Source: Polyangiaceae bacterium | GTDB taxonomy: Bacteria > Myxococcota_A > Polyangia > Polyangiales > Polyangiaceae | Assembly (NCBI GenBank): GCA_044222475.1 | Contig: JBGANF010000142.1 | Location: 1 to 19,361 of the forward strand | DNA: 19,361 nt | Direction: 5' to 3' | Made by a program: the position numbers and the translations under genes | Shown: positions 8,863 to 16,568 of the stretch, piece by piece | How the letters are laid out: every line of letters starts with the position of its first letter | Position numbering within the stretch: the first letter of the stretch is position 1 | The notes under the pieces: model-generated | What the model was told of the DNA's origin: nothing | What the model saw: only the letters and a program-made list of their open reading frames with translations | Database searches by the model: none

Positions 8863-10022
8863 GGGAACCTCCGGAGGATCACGACGCGCAGGAGGACCTC
8901 GAGCGCGAGGAAGAGGATCGCCGGCCACATGAGCCACGGGAAGAGCTCGAGGATCGTGCCGCTCTGCCCGACGATCTTCGACTTCTCGAGGCTGTCGAGG
9001 ATCTTGTGCATGCTCGACTCGAGGTCGGCGCGGTCCGTGGCGACGAACGACTCGCCGCCGGTGTCGGAGGCGATCTTCTTGAGGAGGTCCGGGTTGACCG
9101 GGAACTTCGCGTGGACGTAGCGAGGCTGTCCGAAGATGTCGACGCCCTGCTCCATCTCGGCGTCGTCGCCGTTGCCGATCTGCACGGTGTAGACGTGGAC
9201 GCCCTCCTTCTGGGCGAGGTGCGCGGCGTACTCGGGGGCGATCTCGCCCGCGTTCGAGTCGCCGTCGGTGAGGAGGATGATCGCCTTGGACTTCGCGTTC
9301 GATCGACGCAGCCGAGCGACCCCGGTGCCGACGGCGTCGCCGATGGCGGTTCCGTTGGAGTCGATCAAGTCGAGCTCCATCTTCTGCACGAGCGCGGTGA
9401 GCAGCGTGTAGTCGAGCGTCGGCGGCGAGAGCACGTAAGCCGCGCGCCCGAACACGACGACGCCGATGCGGTCGGTCTTTCGGCGGCCGATGAAGTCGAG
9501 GATCACGTCCTTCGCGGTGTCGAGGCGGGTCGGGCGCTTTCCCTTCGGCGGAGTGACCTTGTTCGAGAGAGGAGTCGGCCCGTCCATGACGGCGCGCATC
9601 GAGCCCGAGAGATCGAGGACGAGGACGATGTCGATCCCGCGCTCCGTCGTCTGCTCCTCGGCGAGGGTGAGCTCGGGTCGGCCCAGCGCCAGGAGCGCGA
9701 GGGTGAGGGCCGCGCCGCGGAGCAGGGCAGGGACGTGGCGCGCTCGCGCGCGCAGACCGCGCGGACCGGTCACGAGCGGTGCGATGGTGGCGATGCGGAG
9801 GCGCGGCGTGAAGCGCTCCGCCAAAGCGATCGAGAGCCACCCGACGGCGCCGCCGAGCGGGACGGAGAGCACCGCGAACCACCACCAGGTCCACTTGACC
9901 GCGCCGAGGTCGGAGCCGTGCTCGACGAGCCCGTAGATCGATCCGATCAGCACGAGGCCGAGGTGAGCCAGCGCGGCGAGCGCGCCGTGCCACCAACGCA
10001 GCTTCGATCGGGCCGCGCTCAT
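8859..10022 (-). CDS. batA: VWA domain membrane protein, BatA-like
   Basis: ALGRP, GIDIVLVLDLSGSM (MIDAS), DRIGVVVFG, PPTLDY, GTAIGDA, IILLTDGDSNAGEIAP, YTVQIG, and a C-terminal TM ending RRFP. Confidence 0.92.
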   Translation of the reverse strand: MSAARSKLRWWHGALAALAHLGLVLIGSIYGLVEHGSDLGAVKWTWWWFAVLSVPLGGAVGWLSIALAERFTPRLRIATIAPLVTGPRGLRARARHVPALLRGAALTLALLALGRPELTLAEEQTTERGIDIVLVLDLSGSMRAVMDGPTPLSNKVTPPKGKRPTRLDTAKDVILDFIGRRKTDRIGVVVFGRAAYVLSPPTLDYTLLTALVQKMELDLIDSNGTAIGDAVGTGVARLRRSNAKSKAIILLTDGDSNAGEIAPEYAAHLAQKEGVHVYTVQIGNGDDAEMEQGVDIFGQPRYVHAKFPVNPDLLKKIASDTGGESFVATDRADLESSMHKILDSLEKSKIVGQSGTILELFPWLMWPAILFLALEVLLRVVILRRFP

Positions 10023-11200
10023 CCGTCCCTCCGCGGGGGAACGCGTGGCGGGGTCGTGGAGCGGACGATGCGCTCCGACTCGTCGATGACCTTGGCGCAG
10101 TCCTCGGGGGACGGCTCGAGGTTGGCGAATTTCACGAGGTCGCAGTCACGGAGCAGCGACGACACCTCCTCGAGCGCGACTCCGACGAGCGCCGACTTCT
10201 TCAGCTGCGCGATCATTTCGTCGGTCGTCGACTCGAGGCCGTCGAAGTCGTAGCGCGCGCCGAGGTACCGTCGTAGCGCGTCGTTCACGCGGTCGAAGTA
10301 CTCCGAGTAGCGTTTGGTCTCGAGGAGACCCGCGTGGCGGACCTCGTCGAGCTGCTCGAGCGCGACCTCCCACGGTGGACGCGGGGGAGGAGGAGGCGGC
10401 GCCGGGCGGGGCCGGCGCGACCACCGGCGGAGGAGCAGCACGGCGATCGCTCCGCACACCGAGCCGAGCCCTCCGATGATCACGCCGCGCTTGAGGGCGG
10501 TCCACTCCTCGCGCTGCTGGCGCGGCGGCGGATTCGCCTTCGGCTCGGGGTCGTTGGTCTCGGCGATCGGATCGTCGATCGTGACGCGGTGCTCGTGGGT
10601 GCAGCCGTTCGCGACCTCGCCGCCGGCGCGGGCGATCGCGATGGGGAGTGCCGGCAACGTGAGCACGTGGCGTCCGCCCTCCTTCGGGAGCGCGACGAGC
10701 GGCAGCTCGATCACGGTGAGCGAGCGCTCGGGGTGGGCCGCATCGAGCGGACCGGTGGTGACGTGGGCGCCGCCCGAGCCGTCTTGGGCGGGGAGGACCC
10801 AACCGGCGGCCGCGAGCTCCTTCGCGGCGTCGGAGGTGGTCTGCAGATCGATGCCGCCCGGCAGCACGGTTTCGCCCTTGCCGTGCTCGACCTTCACGAC
10901 GAGGACGCTCGCGTAGCCGCTGCGTCCGCGAGGATCGATTGTGTCGGTGATGGTGGGCTTGCCGGCGCCGGTGGCGAACGTCTCGACGCACCCGTTGATC
11001 TTCTCGGGAGCGCTGGCGTCGAGGTCGACGGAGATGACGGGCATGCCGGGCAAGACGACGCCTGCATCGTCGGCGAGGGCCGTGGTGGCGACCAAGCCGA
11101 GAACCAAGAACATGCAAGATACAAATAAGCCGATCTGAGCGCCCCGGACTGAAGTCCGGGGCGCCCTGACGAGGATTGAGTCGCGTGAGAATCGCATCAT
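10019..11200 (-). CDS. Conserved Bat-operon single-pass membrane protein (extracytoplasmic beta domain, TM, poly-Pro, helical C-domain)
   Basis: Start is ATG 11200 (ATGA overlap with the DUF58 stop) or in-frame ATG 11113 (MFLVLGLVATTALA). The C-terminal PPWEVALEQL..YFDRVNDALRRYLGARY..ESTTDE..DLVKFA resembles the gene found between DUF58 and batA in Bat loci. Confidence 0.8.
   Translation of the reverse strand: MMRFSRDSILVRAPRTSVRGAQIGLFVSCMFLVLGLVATTALADDAGVVLPGMPVISVDLDASAPEKINGCVETFATGAGKPTITDTIDPRGRSGYASVLVVKVEHGKGETVLPGGIDLQTTSDAAKELAAAGWVLPAQDGSGGAHVTTGPLDAAHPERSLTVIELPLVALPKEGGRHVLTLPALPIAIARAGGEVANGCTHEHRVTIDDPIAETNDPEPKANPPPRQQREEWTALKRGVIIGGLGSVCGAIAVLLLRRWSRRPRPAPPPPPPRPPWEVALEQLDEVRHAGLLETKRYSEYFDRVNDALRRYLGARYDFDGLESTTDEMIAQLKKSALVGVALEEVSSLLRDCDLVKFANLEPSPEDCAKVIDESERIVRSTTPPRVPPRRDG
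11139..11164. repeat. Perfect inverted repeat (12-bp arms, 2-nt centre), REP-like
   Basis: GCGCCCCGGACT-GA-AGTCCGGGGCGC; the two arms are exact reverse complements. The REP assignment is inference. Confidence 0.7.
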
Positions 11201-12135
11201 CGCGTCCTCACCCTTCGCGCTCGGCGCGAGAAGAGATCGGCCAGCGGCTTCACGAACGATCCGTCGGTGCGGACCTCCACCGTGTCGACTCCGAGCTTGC
11301 CGAAGACTTGTCGCCGCGCCGCGCCGAGCTCCTGCATTGCGCGCGCGTAGTGGGCACGCACGCGCGGGTCGCCGGTGTCGACGACGACGTCGTCGCCGCT
11401 CTCGAGGTCCTCGAACGTGACGAGTCCGATGTTCGGGAGCGCCAGGTCGCGCGGGTCGACGAGGGTGACGGGGATCACGTCGTGCTTGGCCGACGCGAGC
11501 GCGAGCGAGCGCTCCCACCCGTCGGCGAAGAAGTCGCTGATGACGAACGCGATGCTGCGTCGCCGCGCGACGGAAGCGAGCGCGTCGAGCGCGCCTTTGA
11601 GATCGGTCGCGGCGCCGAGGCGCGGCTTGCCGCTCTTCTTCACGCGCATGATCGTCGGCATCGCCTTCATCGACGCGTCGAAGCCGAGGATCTCGCGCAC
11701 GACGCGCATGACGTGCTTCTCGCCCTTCTTCGGCGCGATGAGGCGCTCGACCTCGCTCGTCGCGAGGATCGCACCGACGCGGTCGTTGTTGCGGATCGCG
11801 CTGAACGCGAGCAGCGCGGCGACCTCGGACGCGACCCGCGCCTTAGGGGCGCGCTTGGTGCCGAACCGCTCGCTCGCCGAGAGGTCGACGACGAGCATCA
11901 CCGTCATCTCGCGCTCCTCGACGAAGACCTTCACGAACGGCTCGTTCATGCGCGCCGAGACGTTCCAGTCGATCGATCGCACGTCGTCCCCCAGCTGGTA
12001 CGGACGGACCTCGCGGAACGCGAGGCCTTGCCCCTTGAAGCTGGACGAATAGTTGCCCGAAAGGTTCTCGTTCGCGAGCCGCGCGGTGTGGATCTCGATC
12101 GTGCGAAGGGCGGCGAGGATCTCTTTGGGGATCAT
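11197..12135 (-). CDS. DUF58 domain (VWA-like) MoxR-associated protein
   Basis: SSFKGQGLAFREVRPYQLGDDVRSIDWNVSAR, VKVFVEEREMTVMLVVDLSAS, NNDRVG, FVISDF. Directly downstream of moxR. Confidence 0.95.
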   Translation of the reverse strand: MIPKEILAALRTIEIHTARLANENLSGNYSSSFKGQGLAFREVRPYQLGDDVRSIDWNVSARMNEPFVKVFVEEREMTVMLVVDLSASERFGTKRAPKARVASEVAALLAFSAIRNNDRVGAILATSEVERLIAPKKGEKHVMRVVREILGFDASMKAMPTIMRVKKSGKPRLGAATDLKGALDALASVARRRSIAFVISDFFADGWERSLALASAKHDVIPVTLVDPRDLALPNIGLVTFEDLESGDDVVVDTGDPRVRAHYARAMQELGAARRQVFGKLGVDTVEVRTDGSFVKPLADLFSRRARRVRTR

Positions 12136-12185
12136 CGGTGCAGGACCGTCGTGGGGTTACAATCGAGGGACGCAGCCTATTCCGG

Positions 12186-13172
<987 letters not shown>

Positions 13173-13200
13173 GTCCGCGGATTTAGCACAGGCCGAGCCG

Positions 13201-13377
13201 TCAGCGCATCTCGGGTGCGCCCGAGCTCTGGGAGAGCGTGATCGCCCCTCGGACGATGTTGATCAGGCCGACGATGATGCCGCCGTACCAGATGACGCTG
13301 CTCGAGCCGAGGGTGACGGCGATTCCGCCGACGAAGAGGACGATCCCGAAAATCAGTCTGCCCATGCCAGGTTTCAT
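13201..13377 (-). CDS. Small 58-aa membrane protein with two TM helices (not in the ORF track)
   Basis: Hand translation: MKPGMGRLIFGIVLFVGGIAVTLGSSSVIWYGGIIVGLINIVRGAITLSQSSGAPEMR*. Third codon positions are almost all G/C, and the ORF fills the gap upstream of moxR. Alternative start at 13365. Confidence 0.8.
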   Translation of the reverse strand: MKPGMGRLIFGIVLFVGGIAVTLGSSSVIWYGGIIVGLINIVRGAITLSQSSGAPEMR

Positions 13378-13481
13378 CGAGAGGGTCTTACGGGGCGTGC
13401 GCGCGAGTCCTCCCCCTGTCGTCCGGGAAAAGGGAGCCGGCTAACAATCGCGATGAACATCAATCATTACGAAGAAATGCA

Positions 13482-14348
13482 TCACCAGAGCGGCGCCGCT
13501 CCGGTGAACGGCAGCAGTGGGTCGCCGCCGCCTTGGACCTCGTAGTCCACCGGCGCCGACGTCCACGCTGGGCCGAACGTGTCGATGGCGTAGATGCCGG
13601 CGATGCCCCCGAAGGCGTAGAGCGTCCACCCCCACGGGGCCGTCCCGGTGAAGTCGACGACCTCTCCCCCGATGGCGATGGGCTCGGCCGGAGTGCCGTC
13701 CTTCGGGTCGACGGGAAACAGCAGGTGCTCCGGATCGCTGGTGTACAGCGCCGCGACGAGCCCGCGGCCTTCGAGGTAGGTCACGTCGCCCGCCCACGCA
13801 GGGAACGGGAGCGTGCTCGTTACGCTCAACGCTCCGGTCGTCGCGTCGACGCGGACGTATTCGCTCAGCCGAAAGCCGACGATGGCTTCGTCGGGGCCCA
13901 CGACGTTCGGCGGGAGGGCCTCGAGCGCGTGGGGAAACGAGCCCGCCGCGACGAGCGTGCAGTCGCCGGTGTCGAGGTCGAGGCGCGCGAAGCCCGCCCG
14001 CGTCGTGACGAACGCGCGACCCTTCCGATCGATCGCGATGTCGGCGACGTCGTTGCAGCCTTTGATCTTCGCGATGAGCGTGAGCTTCGCCGCCTTGGGA
14101 TCGAAGCGATAGAGCCGATCGCGGAAGTCGAAGTCCGACGTGGTCGCGAAGATGGCCCTCGGAGTGGGCAGCGGAGGACGAGTGCTCGCATCGACGCCGT
14201 CGGCCACCGCGTCCCGCGCGCGAACGTCGGCGCCTGCCTCGACCTCGACCGTGGTGCCGACGGCGAGGCTCGTGCGCGCGCCGCACGCGATCGACGTCGC
14301 GACGGTCGCGACCACGAAACTCGCGATGACCATCCGCCCGACGCGCAT
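13482..14348 (-). CDS. Hypothetical lipoprotein, probable beta-propeller
   Basis: Signal peptide with SIA-C followed by GARTSL, a DAG-type linker, and repeated strand motifs (LYRFDP, DIAIDRKG, ARLDLDTG, VRVDATTG, LFPVDPKDG, IYAIDT). Confidence 0.78.
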   Translation of the reverse strand: MRVGRMVIASFVVATVATSIACGARTSLAVGTTVEVEAGADVRARDAVADGVDASTRPPLPTPRAIFATTSDFDFRDRLYRFDPKAAKLTLIAKIKGCNDVADIAIDRKGRAFVTTRAGFARLDLDTGDCTLVAAGSFPHALEALPPNVVGPDEAIVGFRLSEYVRVDATTGALSVTSTLPFPAWAGDVTYLEGRGLVAALYTSDPEHLLFPVDPKDGTPAEPIAIGGEVVDFTGTAPWGWTLYAFGGIAGIYAIDTFGPAWTSAPVDYEVQGGGDPLLPFTGAAPLW

Positions 14349-14426
14349 CTCGCGTGGATCACAGCAATCGTCGTGCCACGGGAAATCACCGAGAAACCAC
14401 CGCGGCTCGTCAGCAATCGCACGGCG

Positions 14427-15344
14427 TCATGCGCGCGCCTTCCGCCGCGGCTTCGCGGGAGCGAGCTGCTCCGCCAGGAGATCGAAGACCAAGCGCACGC
14501 GGCGGCTGGTCTGGACCTCCCGGTGGGCGACGAGCCACGTCGGCACGGGGATGGGCGGCAGCGACGGGAGCACGCGCTCGACGAGCGGCTCTGCGTCTCC
14601 CACCTCGTCGATGATGACGCCGATGCCCAGCCCTTGCTTCACGAGCTCCCACAGCACGAGGTGGTTCGCGGTGTGGATCGGGATGTTCTTGCGGGCGAGC
14701 GTGAAGCCCATCGCGTTCATGCCGTCGAGGAAGCGGTCGCCGTCGTCGCTGAAGCCGATGAAGTCTGCGCGGCTCAGGTCGGCCTGCGTCTTGGGTCGGC
14801 CGATGCGACGGAGGTAGCCCGGCGTGGCGTAGAGGCGCGCCGGTGTGTCGCGGAGGCGCGTCGCGATGAGCTCCGGGTCGGTCGGCTTTCCGCTGCGGAT
14901 TGCGATGTCCGCCTCGCGGCGACGCAGATCGCGGATGGCGGTCGACGCGACGATCTTGATCTCGAGCCCCGGGTGGCTCTGCCGAAGGCGCGCGAGGATC
15001 GGTGGAAGGACGAACGCCGCCATGACCTCGCTCGCGGTGATCGTGATCAAGCCTTCGACGCTCTGCGACTGACCCGACGCCGCGAACGAGACCCGGTTGG
15101 CCGCCGCACCCATCGCGCGCGCGTGCTCGAGGAGCTCGAGCCCTCCCGGCGTCAGGGTGAGCCCGCGACCGACGCGCTCGAACAACGCGACGCCGAGCTC
15201 CTCTTCGAGCGCGTCGACCTGACGCCCGAGGGTCGGCTGCGTCATCCCGAGAGCGCGCGCCGCGGCGGAGAGCGATCCCTCCTCGGCGGTTGCGAGGAAC
15301 GCGCGGGCGCGGTTCCAGTCGAAGCGAACGTGGGTCCAATCCAT
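14427..15344 (-). CDS. LysR family transcriptional regulator
   Basis: HTH AEEGSLSAAARALGMTQPTLGRQVDALEEELGVALFER; substrate-binding domain DLRRREADIAIR, GLGIG, WLVAHRE..RRVRLVFDLL. Start taken at MDW (15344); the track start 15356 is also possible. Confidence 0.95.
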   Translation of the reverse strand: MDWTHVRFDWNRARAFLATAEEGSLSAAARALGMTQPTLGRQVDALEEELGVALFERVGRGLTLTPGGLELLEHARAMGAAANRVSFAASGQSQSVEGLITITASEVMAAFVLPPILARLRQSHPGLEIKIVASTAIRDLRRREADIAIRSGKPTDPELIATRLRDTPARLYATPGYLRRIGRPKTQADLSRADFIGFSDDGDRFLDGMNAMGFTLARKNIPIHTANHLVLWELVKQGLGIGVIIDEVGDAEPLVERVLPSLPPIPVPTWLVAHREVQTSRRVRLVFDLLAEQLAPAKPRRKARA

Positions 15345-15356
15345 GCGTAAATGCAT
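15343..15356. promoter_or_regulatory. Dyad ATGC-N6-GCAT at the lysR start; candidate LysR autoregulatory site
   Basis: ATGCGTAAATGCAT lies in the divergent lysR/oxidoreductase region. The spacing is T-N10-A, not the canonical T-N11-A. Confidence 0.4.
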
Positions 15357-15428
15357 AGATGATCTGCGGCGTTCGTCAATTCCGTCGGGTGAAGACCGTG
15401 AGTATCTCTACGAATGCGCCGAGGGGCG

Positions 15429-15434
15429 AAGGAG
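15429..15434 (+). promoter_or_regulatory. Shine-Dalgarno site of the oxidoreductase gene
   Basis: AAGGAG 7 nt upstream of ATG 15442. Confidence 0.75.
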
Positions 15435-15441
15435 AACTACG

Positions 15442-16530
15442 ATGAAAGCATGCATGAATGTAGAGTACGGATCGGCGGACGTGGTGACGGTGGGCGAGGC
15501 TCCGATGCCGGAGGCAAAGGCCGACGAGGTGCTCGTTCGGGTGCACGCGGCGTCGGTCACGACCGCGGATTGGCGCTTCCGCGCCTCGTCGTTCCCGGGC
15601 GGCTTCTGGCTGGCCGGTCGGCTCCTGCTCGGCCTCTTCCGACCGCGGAACCCGATCCTCGGAATGGACTACTCGGGCGTCGTCGCGGCGGTCGGCCGCG
15701 ACGTGACCGGCTTCCGCGTCGGTGACGAGGTCTTCGGCGCGACGACGCGAGGGGCACACGCCGAGTACGTCGCGGTGAAGGCGTCGGGGGCGATCGCCCC
15801 GAAGCCGGCGTCGCTCTCGCACGAGGAAGCGGCGGCGATCCCGTTCGGCGCGAACTCGGCGCTCATGTTCATGCGCGACTTCGGCAAGGTGAAGCCCGGC
15901 CAGCGCGTCCTCGTGATCGGTGCGTCCGGCGGCGTCGGGAGCTGGGCGGTCCAGATCGCGCGCCACCTCGGCGCCGAGGTGACCGGCGCGTGCAGCACGC
16001 GCAACGTGGAGCTCGTGCGCTCGCTCGGTGCGCACCACGTGGTCGACTACTCTCGTTCTCGAAGCGGCTCGCCGTTCGGCGACGCGACCTACGATCTCGT
16101 CTTCGACACCGTGGGCGTGACCACGTTCGCCGGCACGAAGCACGCGCTCTCGCCGAAGGGCACCTACCTGCCGCTCGAAGGCAGCTTGCGCACGATGGCT
16201 CAAGCGGTGCTCACCGCCTTCGGCTCGGGCAAGAAGGTGAAGCATGCGATCAGCAAGAACACGCGCGAAGGACTCGAGGAGATCTCGCGTCTCATCGACT
16301 CGGGCGCCGTTCGGCCCGTGGTCGACGGCGTCTACCCGATGGCGAAGATCGCCGATGCGCACCGCCGGGTGGAAGCGCGGCACAAGCGGGGGGCGGTCAT
16401 CGTGACGATGGGCGCCACCGAGCCCTACTTCGCGACCTCGAAGGGCGCGCCGCCGGACGTGAAGTACGGAGCGGCGTCGTCCACGTCGATGCACATGACC
16501 TCGCCGAGCATCTCGATCGCGGCCGAGTAG
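15442..16530 (+). CDS. MDR superfamily NAD(P)-dependent oxidoreductase (quinone reductase / zinc-free alcohol dehydrogenase-like)
   Basis: Start MKA after the SD site. EVLVRVHAASV, ILGMDYSGVVAAVG, GAHAEY, Rossmann VLVIGASGGVG, YDLVFDTVG, HKRGAVIV. No Zn-binding Cys cluster is seen. Confidence 0.93.
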   Translation: MKACMNVEYGSADVVTVGEAPMPEAKADEVLVRVHAASVTTADWRFRASSFPGGFWLAGRLLLGLFRPRNPILGMDYSGVVAAVGRDVTGFRVGDEVFGATTRGAHAEYVAVKASGAIAPKPASLSHEEAAAIPFGANSALMFMRDFGKVKPGQRVLVIGASGGVGSWAVQIARHLGAEVTGACSTRNVELVRSLGAHHVVDYSRSRSGSPFGDATYDLVFDTVGVTTFAGTKHALSPKGTYLPLEGSLRTMAQAVLTAFGSGKKVKHAISKNTREGLEEISRLIDSGAVRPVVDGVYPMAKIADAHRRVEARHKRGAVIVTMGATEPYFATSKGAPPDVKYGAASSTSMHMTSPSISIAAE

Positions 16531-16568
16531 ACTGTGGTCGCGCCGTCGACGTGCACTTCTACGGTGAC
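16425..16568 (-). pseudogene. Possible 3' remnant of a gene (about 47 codons) antisense to the oxidoreductase tail
   Basis: The minus frame reads VTVEVHVDGATTVYSAAIEMLGEVMCIDVDDAAPYFTSGGAPFEVAK* with natural composition and GC-rich third positions. It has no convincing start or SD. Confidence 0.35.

Noticed and set aside
12136..12185. Possible internal promoter (TTGTAACCC on the minus strand) between moxR and DUF58
   Set aside because: Weak match, and its spacing to the ATG differs from the other boxes. It cannot be supported from sequence alone.
15343..15441. 33-aa N-terminal extension of the oxidoreductase in the ORF track
   Set aside because: It overlaps the lysR start. The SD and the MKA start at 15442 fit the family.
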